From Eledone cirrhosa (Eukaryota), in assembly GCA_964016885.1 (NCBI GenBank), contig OZ024740.1, positions 100,874,001 to 100,938,000 of the forward strand: a stretch of 64,000 bases of DNA, given 5' to 3'. The notes beneath the pieces were generated by a model. It had not been told where the DNA came from. It did no database searches and worked only from the letters and a program-made list of their open reading frames with translations. The translations under genes and the position numbers were made by a program. The first letter of the stretch is position 1; every line of letters starts with the position of its first letter. Shown one piece after another: positions 25,047-39,836 of this stretch.

Positions 25047-28000
25047 TAATTAATGGGAGCTGAGCTGCATGATAATTTGATAATACAGATGGTTAAACAC
25101 AGAGGATAACCTGTGACAAAAGCAGTGGTTATTATCTTGTTAAGATCACTGTTTAGTGCCTGGCAAACCCTGATTAAGCACTGCTATAATCAATGAACAA
25201 ATAACACAAAGTATTTTGTCCAATGTACAAACAATTCTGCCACCCTACAGCCAGGGGCAAAGTCAACATTGGTGAAATTTCAACTCAGAATGTAAAGAAC
25301 CAGAACAAATACTGCAAGGCATTTTGTCCAGCTCTCAAACATTTCTGTCAATTTGCCAACTAACTTTAAATTTCCCTTTATATATGAAGAAAAATAAATG
25401 AGTTTGAAAAAATTTCAAGATTCAACTTTTCAAGTGGCCATATGATCATTATGTTATTTCAGCCACTCTACCTTGCAGGGCACACACTTGTGGGTAGACA
25501 ACTCTGCCCTGATAGCAATGGGTAGGGATGTGGTCCAGGGGTCAAGAGCACAGGAAGTCTTCACTGCCACAGGATCAACCACAAACCTATCAGAGAGTGG
25601 CCAATACTCCAATAGTTTTCCCTCTTTATCCAGGCAAATATTAAAGAAAAATTTCTATAAAAATATATAGACACATATTTGTACACATATTCACTCAGGT
25701 TGAAGTAAATTCACTGAGAAACAATGTTAATACGAGTAAGTTAAGAAAGATAACATAAGTTAGGGTAAATGACACAAACATTCACAGAATACTATTAGTA
25801 TCCTCATAGTTATCCATATGGCTGTGTAATCTAGTTGGCTAAATTAAGATTAACCAGCCAGACATTGTCATTGAAGATGTATTAAAAGAAAATCTCTTCA
25901 TCAACATGTCAATCAATCTTGAATTAGAATTTTACCCAGAAAAGCTTAAGAATCTTTCGAAATATAATGTCCAAGAGATAAAAATAAATTGTATGTGGTG
26001 TAAGAAGTAAGAAACTTCGGGGTAGTTTAGATCATCAATACTAAGACAAATAGTCATTCCAAGTGTCATACATCTACATATACTAGCCACATATACTTTT
26101 GTTAAGTACTGCATGCATTTTACATAGAGCTGAATAATTAAATACACTTTACACCTAGACACATGTAGTTGCGCCAAGCACTATGACTGATAAACTCATT
26201 GAAATAAAACAACCAAGAGCCTCAATGCACATGATCACTTGGCAGTTGAATCTCCCTCAAAAGAGGCTATGTAGGCGGTGTGACTAAAAGCAGATACCTG
26301 ACTATATGACCAAGCTCTCATTGGATTTTTTAAATGTCACTTGGAGAGAAAGCTGTAAGTAGAGAGAAAGATGAGGGTGGAGAGGAAGCCGAGTGTGGGA
26401 ATGAAGGGGAAGGTGTAAGTTACTGATTAGTATTATAGTTATACTTACTTTTTTTTCATTGTTAACATCCTCTTCCCTTTAATTGATATAAACCCCTCAC
26501 TATATATATATTTTTTTTCTTTTGTATTGTTTCCAACATCTTATGCCCTAGTGACCAACTAAAGAGATCTTTGATTAGCAGATAATGTAGCAATAATTCA
26601 GTAAATTATATATAATATAAGTTTTAATTCACTTTCAATTCTTCCATTGTACTAATACCAGTGGCACAATCATAAACATCCAACATCATCCCTCCTAGTT
26701 CTTCTATTTTCAAAGAGTCATCTTTCATTTTTTCACTAGTCATAACTGATAGCTATTATATCCTATGCTCATGCAAATATGTCTTTAAAGAGTTGAACCC
26801 AAATTCCACTGAGGTTCTGAGGTTCTGTTTGCCTTTTGTCCTTCTGGGGTTGATAGAGAAAGTTCCAGTGCAGTGCTGGAGCACCCCTGTCCCTTTCCAG
26901 CAGTCATATCTGCTGGATCACGAAAGAGAGTACTGAGGCGGTGTCTTTGCTTGTGACTGTAGGAACACCTAAAACATTTAGTGAAAGCATGGTATAAACT
27001 ACTGAGTGTATGTGTGTGGGAAACATTTGCTTTGTTCAAAGGTTAAGGTCATGCTGTGTATAGGATACGACACAGATTTTTACTCATTGATGCTGACCTC
27101 AGGATTACCTTTGTGTTAATGTATGTTACTATCATGATGCCCATGGACAATGATCAGAGAAAAGATAGAGAGGAAGACTAATAACAGAAAAAATAACGAT
27201 AAACAGAAAAGAAATCAATAACAGCAACAACTACTACAAGAAGAAAGACAAAGTAAATGTTAGGAGAGAAAGAGGATGAGAAAAAAGGGAAATGGGGACA
27301 AGGGGGAGAAAGACAAGAGAGAGAAGGGAAAACAACAATAATATATAACAAATCACACTAATTTCATACAAAATGAAAGGAGACACATTATTGTTGAATA
27401 TCAGGTGTGATGGTTATGGCAGGAAAATATATTTTACCATAGATCTTTTTGATCACAGTTGACCTGTGGCTAAACAAGACCAAACCAATGGTAATAAAAT
27501 GAAGAGCAATAACCAGAGCAACATCAGCAGAACCATTGAAGAAGTATCTACATGGTCACATGACCTGCTAGAAACACCAACCAAATCTCCCTCAAATCCC
27601 ACTTTAGTATCTTTATCATTTTGATACCACCCCACCTGAAACTGCTCCTGGTACTATGATACAAAACTGTTTATTTTAGAAAGTGTATATTTATCTACAA
27701 TCCTTTTATCATAATATTAAGTAAGAAACTTCATGGTAATAAGTAATTTATGTAACTAAATTTCTCCATATTCTTATTTCCCAAATTATTTGAAAGCCAT
27801 AGACATTGTCTTTCATTAAAATTATGGTTACAAAGGATTAAAAAGGGAAGACCACGTTGGATGCTGTGATCACCTCAGTCAGGACTGACCTGGATCAAAC
27901 AGCAGCAACAACTTACCTTTTATTCTTCTTGCACAATTTCAGTCACTAGGCAGCAGTCATACTGACGCAGCCATTTTCAAGTGTTTTAGTCAATTATATC

Positions 28001-28099
28001 ACTGTTTCTATCATTCTACCACCATTAACTCTTTTTATACTAAACTGCTTGAAACTACTCCTTGTTCTGGGACACAAAGCTATTTATTTTAAAGTCTTT

Positions 28100-28670
28100 A
28101 TAAATAGCTTTGGTCTGGCTGTATCCCCAAGTGAGACGATATGAGCTCATGGGTGTTATTCAATGATCATGCTTGGGATCTACCTCTGGGCTTCTTTCAG
28201 GTTTGTTTGTCCCCAGAATCTGTCCATCAATTTTTTCCTTAGATATGTTAACCACATGTCTGTGATCTCTCAAGGTGGAGAATAGCAGTTCTATCAGAAA
28301 TGACTCTCTCAGCTCCAAGCTATGCATTCTATCGAGTGACATTACGTCAAAGATCCTTCGGTGGAGCCCCATTTCAGCTGCTTGTATTCACAATCGTATT
28401 CTTTCGGTCATTACCTAAGATTCATGACCGTAGGTAAGAGCAGTCATGGATATCGAGTTGAAGATAATGAGTTTGGCTTTTACACCTACCTCTCTTCTGA
28501 TTAGCAAATGCTGAAGCTAGTACATTACTACACCAGTCCCTGTTATTCTTGCACTTAATTCAGCCTCTTGCCTTCCATCACTTGAGAATACAGCCTCAAG
28601 ATACTTGAACTTCACAACCTGCTTCAGTGGATTCCCACTCACATGTAAAGTGCAGTTTGCAGGCTTTAGA
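28100..28670 (-). mobile_element. Degenerate RTE (Expander/Rex3-like) LINE fragment
   Basis: Minus strand LKQVVKFKYL..VFSSDG, LTYGHES, IQAAEMGLHRRI..LDR. Confidence 0.75.
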
Positions 28671-30057
28671 GTCAAATCAATAAATTACTGTTACCTACAT
28701 TTTGGTTGTCGTTTGACTACTGTGAAAAGATGAAATGTAACAATGAACATCTAATTTTTTGTTTTACTAACTGTAACCAAAACAAAACCTAGTGTTCATT
28801 GAAAACTGAGAATGTTCTAACTACTTATTGATTTGGTCTGAAGGAGAATTCTAGAAAAATTCTATGAGTTTAATTGCTGAGAGAAATGAAAAATTTAATG
28901 TTTCAAGTTTCTGTCCTTTGTCTGAATAAAGCAGAGAAAATAAATTGAGTGGTTGCTTGACACATACTTTTTTCACTTAGTCCAGAGGAAGGGAAGATCC
29001 CATAATCTTTTCAGGTGGGAAGGCAGGAAGAAAGTATTCACAAAATTGAGGCCTGACCCGAAAGTTTTCAACAGCATGGACAAACTGATAAATTACATTT
29101 GGCACCCAAGTAGACCACAGCAGGATTTGAACTCAGAATGCAAAGAGACAGAACAAATACCACAAGTTCACTGCCCTAGATAAGTACTTCTTTTATGAAA
29201 CCTAGAATGATAAAAGCAAGATTAGATATCAAAATGTAGGGAGTCGGAATAATGATGCTCCAGCCTATAAAGTAGTTAATATAAGTACAAGATACTTCAA
29301 ATAAAACCATGTTTCTATATGCATGACAAAGTTAGTCATGTGTGATGGCTTCTCCATCAATTTCAATGATGAGTATACAGTTGATTGAATAACTGAACAT
29401 TTGACTCATTAAATTAATGTGTAGTTAGCTGAGCATTCCACATACATGTGTACTCTTAATGTAATTTCAAAACAGAATTAGCGTGACCAAATATGGGATT
29501 AGCTTGAGCAGTTGAATTACAGAAACAATCCATCTGATGTGGTTTTGCAGTTGCAACCTACCCAGTTTCTTTTACAAGTCATGGGTTAACCTGAGGCTAT
29601 GATAAAATCCCTTGTTGGAACAAACCCAGGACCTCATGATTGTGAATGAAGCTTCTTAACTACTCAACAATGTGTGTATATTAAACTGAAATGTTACAAA
29701 ACCATCACTACAGCATTATTTGGGAGATAGTTGACTTCCTGTTTCCATTCCATCATCAGTCAATAATATAAATATCAACTCCTAGCATTCTGGATTTGAT
29801 TCAACTAACAATTTCACTCTCCTATGCATATGATCTTTTCTTTAATTCCTTTTTGCTTTTACAGGTTTCAGTCATCAGACTGCAAACATAATGGGGCAAC
29901 CCCTTTATTTAGTCAATCACACTGACACCAGTAGTTACTTTTTCAAGTTTGATACTTCTATTATAGATTCCGTTGTTTTTTGTTTTTTTGCTACTAACTT
30001 ATGGGACACACAAACAGGCACAGTTACATATATAAACACAAAGACAGATGGACACTT

Positions 30058-30097
<40 letters not shown>

Positions 30098-30099
<2 letters not shown>

Positions 30100-30735
30100 A
30101 GGGAGCTACTGCCACTACTAGCTGCAAAAGGCTTTTCCCTCAAAATGAAAGGCAGACTGTATGATGCGTGTATACGAACAGCAATGTTACATGGTAGTGA
30201 GACTTGGGTGCTGTCTGTGGAAGACTTGCGTAGATTAGAAAGAAACGAAGCCTGCATGCTCTGATGGATGTGTAATAGTAATATACACGAACGGCAAAGT
30301 ATAAATGAATTGAGAGAGAGATTGAGCATCAGTGGAATCAAATGCTGTGTGCAGGAGAGGCGGTTGCGTTGGTATGGACATGTGATGCGTATAAAGGATG
30401 ATAGCTGCATAAAAAGGTGCAGAGCAGTAGAAGTCGATGGAAACCGCGGAGTGGGGAGACTCAAGAAGACCTGGGATGAGGTGATAAAAGCCGACTTTAC
30501 CCAATTACACCTCTCAAAGATGATGACACATGACCGTGACCTCTGGCGTCATGCAGTAATACAGAGTACCCGATCCCCCATGGGTACAAGCCGAAGCTGA
30601 AGCATATAGACAATATGCCTCCACACCCTCCCCCTGCAAAGTGCTCATGGAGGTACCATGGCAAAAAAGCACCCAGCCCACACTGTAAAGTGAACGTGTA
30701 GGTGCCACAGAAAAAAAGCACCCAGTACTCACAGC
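30098..30735 (+). mobile_element. 5'-truncated RTE LINE (second subfamily), 3' UTR interrupted by a Penelope-like remnant
   Basis: RELLPLLAAKGFSLKMKGRLY...HGSETW...RRLRWYGHV...DRDLWR with one in-frame TGA. Confidence 0.9.
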
Positions 30736-31053
30736 ATCTTGTTTCAAGATGGCATAGGACAGAACAAAGGAGAAGCACAAAAACAAAGAAAAGAATCCCC
30801 AGTCACTGAAGAGGTCACAGTATGTGTGACGAAAGTACTTTGACAATATATAAACAACCATCTGGTTGTGGAACCAACCAACCGGAAATTTATAAATTCC
30901 TAAATTTATAAATTTATTATAATAAATTGAAGTGAAAGCAACTGGTGCGTGTGTTTCTTATTGGCTACATGACCCTCCCAAAGTATAACAATATCGGTTT
31001 CAACACACGTTTTCAGATAAAGAATCTTGCTAAACAAATTCAGAAACGAAATA
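30736..31053 (+). mobile_element. Penelope-like pLTR / retrozyme-like unit with hammerhead
   Basis: Matches the right arm 40220-40473 plus the reverse complement of 39906-39965; ends at (TA)n. Confidence 0.7.
30802..30844 (+). ncRNA. Minimal type I hammerhead ribozyme with canonical core
   Basis: GUCA-CUGAAGA-G-GUCACA guaug UGUGAC-GAA-AGUACU-U-UGAC: 4-bp stem I, 6-bp stem II, palindromic stem III, CUU triplet (predicted cut after 30840). Confidence 0.72.
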
Positions 31054-31110
31054 TATAAATATATATATATGTATATACGTAGGTCCCGGGTTGAGTCGGG
31101 GATAACCACA

Positions 31111-31170
<60 letters not shown>

Positions 31171-31189
31171 GATATATATATATATATAC

Positions 31190-31502
31190 ACCCCACCCCA
31201 CCCCACACACCCTACTCCATCCTCCCATTTCTGACCACTGTAAAGTGGTTGTGTTGGTGACACGACAAAAGACACCCAGTTAACACTGTAAAGTGGTCAT
31301 GTAGGAGACACAGTAAAAATGCTCCCAGTCCACGCTGTAAATATTGTTGGTGTTAGGAAGGGCATCAGCCACAGAAAACCTGCCAGGGACAGTTCTGTAC
31401 AAGTGAGACATGGTCTCTTGATCAATCCTGCCTCAAGTGGAACAAAACCATCCACCCATGCTAGCATGGAAGATGGATGTTAAACGATGATGATGATGAT
31501 GA
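31190..31502 (+). mobile_element. RTE-type 3'-UTR tail fragment
   Basis: cactgtaaagtgg modules, gttaggaagggcatc, gttaaac(GAT)n. Confidence 0.7.
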
Positions 31503-31943
31503 ATGGGTTTCTGCAGTTGCCATCTACCAAATTCCACTCACAATGCATTGGTTCAGTTGAGATTATAGAAAACACTTACCCAAAGTGCCATACAACAAGA
31601 CTGAACCCTCAACTACATGATTGCAAATCAGACATCGTGACCTTTCTTTTTTGTCTCTTTATCTTTTACCTTTCAGTAGTGAAGGAATGGCAGTGCACAG
31701 GTCCTTCGTGACTTCTAGGTGGGTGAAGAAGTTATCTCCAAATAGAGCATCTGGTTCAAATACTTGCAATAGAGGGCTAAGTGATGGTGTTAAATTGGGC
31801 ATGACTTCCTACTGACATAACAAATTATTTAGAGTATCAGTCAAACAATTTTGATGTATTTATTTACAGTTTTTATATTCTGGGTTCAAATCCTGTTGAG
31901 GTGAACTGACATCCATTCTTCATAGTTTGACAAAATAGATTTC

Positions 31944-32073
31944 TAGATAAATATAATTGTTTCTACGTTAGGCACAAGGCCAGCAATTACCCAGTGTATT
32001 ACTGGTACTTTATTTTATCGACCCCGTAAGGATGAAAGGCAAAGTCAACCTCGGCGGGATAGATAAATATAAT
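31944..32073 (-). mobile_element. 5'-truncated SINE family A with 14-bp target-site duplication
   Basis: TAGATAAATATAAT at 31944-31957 and 32060-32073. Confidence 0.88.
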
Positions 32074-32155
32074 GATCCGTTTCTCTTCCCTCCAAATTTA
32101 TGATCTTGTATCTATGGTCAGAAATCAACCTTAATAATATTATTTTTATTATCAA

Positions 32156-32360
32156 GGGTGGTGGGTTGAACATCAGACACCATGCTTTGCAACATAGAGT
32201 TATGACCCTTTACGTTCTGAGTCCAAATCCTGCCAAGGTTAGCTTTGCTTTTCATCCTTACAGGGTCGATAAAATAAAGTACTAGTAATGCACTGGGGTC
32301 AATTTAATTGACATTTCCCTCACCAAAAATTGCTGGCCTTGTGCCTAAATCTTAAACCAA
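32156..32360 (+). mobile_element. SINE family A, long form
   Basis: Consensus match with extra ggggtcaatttaattgac segment. Confidence 0.8.
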
Positions 32361-32639
32361 TGTTATTATTATCACCATTAAAGTACCAGTTAAATGCTAT
32401 GATTGATATAATCAAGTTTCCCAACCCCACCGAATTGCAGGCCTTGTGCCTAGATTAGAAATTATTATTATCTTTATTATTAATATCTACCCTCTGAACT
32501 TTACGTATACAGTCCAGACTTGTTTGCCAATGTCTTAGCAGACGTCTACTGCAACTGGCAGCAGAACTGGAAATGTTTCAGTTCTTTGAGCTGAACTTAT
32601 CGATAATGTCCTCTTTGGAGGACATTACTGATATGTAGT

Positions 32640-32793
<154 letters not shown>

Positions 32794-34013
32794 ACTATAT
32801 GACAACTGATAACCATCACCACCACCAATATAATTACTATAACCACCACTACCTATAACATCACCATCAACAACAACAGCAATAACAACAGACAGCAGGA
32901 GCCTTTTCTTTTCCATATAAACTCACACAGCTAGCTTGCTGATGATGAAATTAGATTGGATTTTCTGCTCAGACACACATACACAAACCAAAAATAGCTG
33001 TCAGTTGTTTAGTTTATAGTATTCTGTAATTCTTTAGAGATGTCATCCACTCACTGAATTTTTTTTAAATTTAATTTGAGAGAGAAAGCAAAACAAAAAG
33101 GTGAACTTTATTTTTTCCTCTGACTCAATATAATCTATAATAGTTATTTTTTATTTATTTATCTCATCTTTTTTTTTCATTAAAAAATAATTTCCACCAC
33201 TCCCTGTAAAATAGTAAATGAAGGGGAAAAAATTTATTAAAGAAAAACTTCTTTTAATAATTTTTATGTTAAATATTTTGTTTCTTCTGCTTATTGGATA
33301 TTTTTATTGTCATCATTCTTAGAGTGCTGGTAGTAGATGAGCTTATAAATATTGGATAGTATGATGTGATAGAAACATATTTATTGTGGCAAATTTAGTT
33401 ACATGTTTATTTTATGTTCTGAGTTCTAGTTCTGCCAATTTGTCTTTGCCTTTCCTCCTTCCAGGTTAAAATAAAGTTCCAGACAAGTACTGGTGTTGAT
33501 ATAACCAACTGGTTCTTCTCCCTTCACCAACACACAAATTATCTCACATTGTGTCTATGTAAGAATTAGAATGTTGGTCAAAATGTTTTGCAGTATTTAG
33601 TTATGGCACACAGTTGGGGATTTGATTCCCTAATCAGGTGGAACCTTGTATTCCTGAGCAAGACACTTCATCGTGATGATAAGGAAGAGGAGGAGGATAG
33701 TGATGGATGTGATCATGTAGAGTGTGTCCTGTATGAATTGTGTTATGTGTTCTAGTGTCAAATGGTAATTATGTAGAACATATCTATGTGAGTTGTGTTA
33801 TTTTATTTGCATAATAATTGTGAAGTATATGAGTTACATGATTTGTTAGTGGTATGTGAAATATGTTATAATGTATCAAGTTTTGGTTATGTTGAATGTG
33901 TGGTTTTATAGTTTATTGAGTAATGATTATCTAGAATATGTTGTGTTACCATAAATATGATCATTGCTTAAATAATCACAGTAAAACTAAAATGTATGTT
34001 TATTAGATGTAAA

Positions 34014-34440
34014 AGGGTGATGGATTGGCAGTATCAGTAGAGCATCTGATAACATGCTTTACAGAGTAGAGTTACATCTCTTTATGTTCGGAGTTCAAAT
34101 CCTGCTGAGGTTAGCTTTGCCTTTCATCTTTACAGGATCAATAAAATAAAGTATCAGTAATGCACTGGGGATGATTTAATTGACTTTCTCCCTAAAAGAA
34201 TTGTTGGCCTTGTACTTAAATCAGAAACCATTATATGTAAACATATGTAAACGGCGGTAAATTGGCAGTATCGGTAGAGGGTTGGACGCCATGCTTTCTA
34301 GCGTAGTTACGTCCCTTTACAGTCTGAGTTCAAATCCAGCCGAGGTTAACTTTGCCTTTCATCCTTACGGGGTCGATAAAATAAAGTACTAGTAATGTAC
34401 TGGGTATTTGCTGGCCTTGTGTCTAAAGTAGAAACAATTA
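34014..34440 (+). mobile_element. Tandem SINE family A (older long form, then younger short form)
   Basis: Consensus match; attatatgtaaaca duplicated around the second copy. Confidence 0.85.
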
Positions 34441-37400
34441 TATGTAAACATATTATTTGGGTTCATATATTCTTTCACGTGATTTGAAATATTTCTTTGC
34501 ATTCTTTTATCAATGATAAAATAAGTACCAGTCAGATACTGAGGTTGACTAAATTTTTGACTTAGTGGTTATGATGTTTACTCATGCCTCTTTTTATTCT
34601 GACTTTTCACATCTTGCCTAGGTAGATTTTGCTTTGCCTCACTCTAATGCTAATAATAAAAGTATCAGTAATATTTTGATATTGAAGACATAATTATTAC
34701 TGTTTTTACAACTGATCCCATGCAAAGATGGAAAAATGGATGTAAGAACGATGATGGTGATGAAGGAGGAACCTTCGTATTGCAGGGGCAATCCATCTGA
34801 TAGGATTCCACAGAGTTTCCATTACCTTATTTCACTCATGAGGTTTAGGTTTAAAACACTTCCTCAAGATGCTGCTGAGCGGGTCCAAAACTATTATCTC
34901 ATGATTGCAGTTTTAACCTCTGAGTTTATCTTACACCAATGGGCACTGTTAGTCAAGTAGAAAGAGATAGAGGGGAGCAGACATGAAAATTAAGTGACTG
35001 TTCTCCATCAAAGGCAAATAATGTCAGGTAAATTGATCTCAGTGAGATTTGATCAACATTCTGAGTTTACATCTAACTGAGGTGAATTTTCTGTTTCATC
35101 TTTTTAGGTTCAATAGGATAAAGTATCAGTCAAATACTAGGGTAGATATAATAACATATACCTCCTCTTCCAAAATTGTGACCTTGCTTATATTAGATTC
35201 TCGTTTTTATTGTCTACATTCTTTGTACTACTGAGAACAGCTTTGTGTACTTTGGATCCATGTAGTTTTTTTCTTAGCTTTCTTCTATTCTATTCAATAT
35301 ACTCTATGCAATATGTATGCAGTCCAAGGCAGTGCAATTTTGTCTATATTATGCATATTTGTAAGTCCTGGGGGTTTCATTTGTCTGCATATGTTTTTTA
35401 TAATTCACAAACCAAGTAAGGATTGACTGTTTTTCAATACCCATATTCTAGTTTATTTGCAACTGCTGTTCAAATTGTGTGTGTGTGTGTGTGTGTATGT
35501 GTGCATGCATATATGAGGGTGAATATGTGTGTGTACGTCAGTGTGTTTGTGTGTGTAGGTTTGTTTTCATGTATACCAGATTGTTATGAATAATCTTAGC
35601 TTTTGGCTATGATCCTACAATAAGTACATGTGTATATGTGTAAATGAATATGTGTGAATATAATGTGATTATACAAATTTACAAGAGCTTTACAGTTATT
35701 TATTCATCTATTTATTTATATTTATAGTGTTTACTTAATGTTTCTCTTCAAATCCTAAAATCTTTGTTTTCATTCTGTAGATGTTTTGAATTTAGTCACC
35801 CTTCTAGCAAATGCAGAAATCTTTATTAATATTACTGTTGTTGTCAGTGGCTGAGGTAGTGGTGATGTTGTTGTTGTTTGAGATTTTTAGTTACAAGCAA
35901 TCTTGTTATGTAGTAAGTGTTTGCCTATGACTGGCTGCACTTCCAAGGAATCACTACTATTTAGACTTCACCTTTAGAAGGTTTGCCAAAGAATCTTTTA
36001 ACAATTTGCTTCTTTGTTTGTTTGTTTTTTTTCTTAATGAGTACTTGAGTTCCTAACTACTATTATTCTCACAATTCATTTTGCTACTTATATACAGGAT
36101 TATGTTAGCATACCTAGGGAATTGTTGACAAAGTAACTTCAGTGAAGTACTTTTGAGAGTTATTTTCAGGGAATATGTGTTTGTGTGTGTGCATGTGTGT
36201 GTGTGTATATGAATGAGTATAACTGAGATATCTATGCATATTGATTGTATAGAACTGTTTATTATTTTCAGGAAATCATTAGTAAAAAATAAATGAGATC
36301 ATTATTTTCCTTGATGTTCCTTTTCTATAACTCATTGATTTATTTTCTTCTAAAGAAAGTTGTTTTCAAATGATATGGGTGATTTCTTTCTTACTTTATG
36401 GAAGGAAAAGAGGCAAATATTGTTCTTTATATTTTCCTTCCTTATTCCTACTACTCTGTTAAATACTATATAGACTTGTAGCAGTCAGGCCAGAACAGAG
36501 AAATTAAGTAGCTTAGTTGGCACAGGCCTACAATTTAGAACAGGGCTTCTTCCTTTGGTTAGAGGCAATAAGAAGACATATGGTAAAGAATTACTTTTTT
36601 TATAAATCAATCTAATTTTTTTATTCTGTTCTGTTACTTGTAAGTATATAATGTATGCTATGTATATATGCTCATAATATATACGTACATAAATCATGTA
36701 TGTCTATTTAGCAATAATTCCTGAAGTGTTTAATGAGCAGACTGAAATAGAGCCTACGCTTCAAGTCTGGACTGGGCCTATTAACAGCTTTGTACATGTC
36801 TGTCAGACTATAGGTATATCCTTATTTTATTTTGGAATATCTTTTTTTAATTTTATAAAACAATTCAATATTTCTGGCTCAGGGGAAAAAAAAAAAAAAG
36901 AGAAATCCCAGAACTTTCTCATCTCTATCTTCAAAAATCAGATATGTTCCTTTCTTACAATTACAACTGTATTGCCTCTATGAGATTGTCATTTTTTCTA
37001 AGATTTTACACCACCTCTTGATACATGGTAGATGGCTTTTTTATTTTCACCAGGATTGTCAACAATATAGAGTACTTTACTCACATTACATTCAACCCAT
37101 TTGATACCAACTCCCACAAAACCTCCTCTGCATTTATTAGACAAAATCACTAATTCTAAAAGGTTCCAATTTAATTTTAAATGTTCCAACATAATTATTT
37201 GTTAAGTGATAAGACTTTGAATTAGAGAGGGATACACTAGACAGAGAAAATAAAAAAATGGAGAAAGAAGGAAAGTGTAAAAGATAAATGGATTTATACC
37301 GAGAGGGAAAATATACAAAATCTCACAATGACATGAAAAGCCATTGACATTATATAAAAATAATTGAACAGTATCTAATAAAAACAAAACACACTATTAA

Positions 37401-37573
37401 AGGAAACAGAAAAAGGAAAAGAACAAAAGGAAATGGAAAGAAAGATTAAGCAATGGAAGAAAGGGAGAATGGGAGGGACAGTCACTACACCCCAGTCTGA
37501 AGCATTAATTAATCAAAATTTAAAGTATTTCATCAGTAATATTGTCATACAAAACTTTAAAATATATGGTATA

Positions 37574-37953
37574 ATAATTGTTTCTACTTTTGGCACAAGG
37601 CCAGCAATTACCCCAGTGTATTACTAGTACTTTATTTTATCAACCCCATGAAAGGATGAAAGGCAAAGTCAACCTCAGCGTGATTTGAACTCAGATCATA
37701 AAGGGGCATAACTCTATGTTGCAAAGCATGGTGTCCGACCCTCTACCAATACTGCCAATGTATAATAATTGTTTCTACTTTAGGCACAAGGCCAGCAATT
37801 ACCCAGTGCATTACTGGTACTTTATTTTATCGACCCCGTAAGGATGAAAGGCAAAGTTAACCTTGGTGGGATTTGAACTCAGATCGTAAAGGGACGTAAC
37901 TATGCTGGAAAGCATGGCGTCCGACCCTCTACCAATACTGCCAATCCACTGCC
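37574..37953 (-). mobile_element. Two tandem SINE family A copies
   Basis: Consensus match. Confidence 0.85.
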
Positions 37954-38106
37954 AATGTATAATAATGGTAGTCTTCTTGCTAGAATCTATCTTTGCAAGG
38001 ACCCAATATTTCATATCTATTATTATATACAGTAACGAGTTAACAAGTGACTGCATTTGGACATTGCACTTAATAGATTGTAGCATCTTTTTTTGGTCTC
38101 TCAGTA

Positions 38107-38342
38107 TCTTCTTCTTCTTCTTCTTCTTCTTCTTCTTCTTCTTCTTCTTCTTCTTCTTTTTCTGTTTTCTTTCTTCTTCTTTTCTTCTTTTCTTTTTCTT
38201 TTTTCGTCTTTTTTTCTTATTTTTCCTCCTCCTCCTCCTCCTCCTCCTCCTCCTCCTCCTCCTCCTCCTCCTCCTCCTCTCCTCTCCTCCTCCTCATCAT
38301 CATCATCATCCACATTATCATCATCATCATCATCATCATCAT
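38107..38342. repeat. Compound (CTT)n/(CCT)n/(CAT)n pyrimidine-rich tract
   Basis: Direct reading. Confidence 0.95.
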
Positions 38343-38655
38343 TCACCTTCCCCCTGAATGGGCTGCAAGGGCAGGATCCTCCTATGCATCTTCCTTTTTT
38401 AATTAATTTTCTTTTATTTGATAATTAATTTTATTTAGTTGATAATATTAGGGGTCTATGTGATTACATCTGTATTGTTAATTGCTTCCATATTTTATAT
38501 TCAGCTCATTTTTTATATAACTCCTCACTTGTCTTAACAGATGTAGTTTTTAATGGAGCTCTTTTCAATTCTTAGAGATTTAATTTGGTCATGTTTGAGG
38601 ATTTCCAATTAGTTATTCAATGATTTCAAACGTTTTGATTACTACAGCTATATTA

Positions 38656-38709
<54 letters not shown>

Positions 38710-39044
38710 CAGAGCAGCAGCAGTAGTAGTAGGAGGAGGAGGAGGAAAACTGTTATTAATATTATTGTGGATATCACATCATCATCATCATCTTACAATC
38801 CGATGTTACACAGTTGCATGGGTTAGAGGGGTCCTTCTCAGTACAACATCTCTCCACAGTTGGTAAATAGGAGTATTGGACTGAATTGATAGTGCACTGG
38901 TCAAAATCTCTTGCTGTACTTATGTATTTCATTTTATATTCTTTCTCCAATTCACACTTCCTCGTGAAATAAAATAAAGTACCTATCAAATACTGGAATC
39001 AATTTAAACAACTATTTCCTCTCTTAATATTTGTGAGCATAAGT

Positions 39045-39260
39045 GCAGTGAATTGGCAGTATTGGTACAGTCAGACAACATGCTCTATGGAATAGAGTTA
39101 TGTCCCTTTACATTGTAAGTTCAAACCCTGCTGAGGTTAATTTGCTTTTCATCCTTACAGAGTTGATAAAATAAAGAACCAGTAACACACTGAGATTGAG
39201 TTAATCAATTTTCCCCTTCCATAAAAATTGCTGGCCTTGTGCCTAAATCAGAAACCAATA
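39045..39260 (+). mobile_element. SINE family A, long form, diverged
   Basis: Consensus match. Confidence 0.75.
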
Positions 39261-39645
39261 TTTGTGAGCATAATGTCTATGTTGAAATGGCAAAAAGGGG
39301 GAGAGTTGGATAAAATACTTTGTAGTTTTTACTTCCAACCCTTTAATTTCTGAGTTCAAATATTGCCAAAGTCAAAATCAGTTTTGCCTTTTATCTTTGC
39401 AATGTTAATGTAGTGACGTTCAATCAAGTATTGGTGTTGATATAAACAACTTGCCTCTGCACAACAAATTGCTGGCCTTGTTCCTAAATTAGAAACTGGT
39501 CAACAGCCAAAATGGTTCTTACATGTGAATATGTGCATCTTACTAATTTCATAGCACTAAATTCAGTTTTGATATTCATTTTTTGCTATTGGACCAGAAT
39601 GCCTTAATATGAGATCGAAAATATGTTCCTCGTATTGCATTATTT

Positions 39646-39836
39646 CGGTGGATTGGCAATATCGGTAGAGGGTCGGGTGCCATGCTTTGAAGCATAGAGT
39701 TACCTCCCTTTATGATCTGAGTTCAAATCCCGCCAAAGTTAACTTTGCCTTTCATCCTTACGGGGGCGATAAAATAAAGTACCAGTAATACACTGGAATA
39801 ATTGCTGGCCTGGTGCCAAAGGTAGAAACAATTATT
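39646..39836 (+). mobile_element. SINE family A nested in the Chapaev3-like element
   Basis: Consensus match. Confidence 0.85.

Noticed and set aside
32513-32638. Plus-strand 41-codon segment after an AG
   Set aside because: Ends in a stop at a microsatellite, overlaps an equally plausible antisense reading, and has no recognised homology
38093-38428. Poly-P/G/R/D ORFs
   Set aside because: Compound trinucleotide repeats
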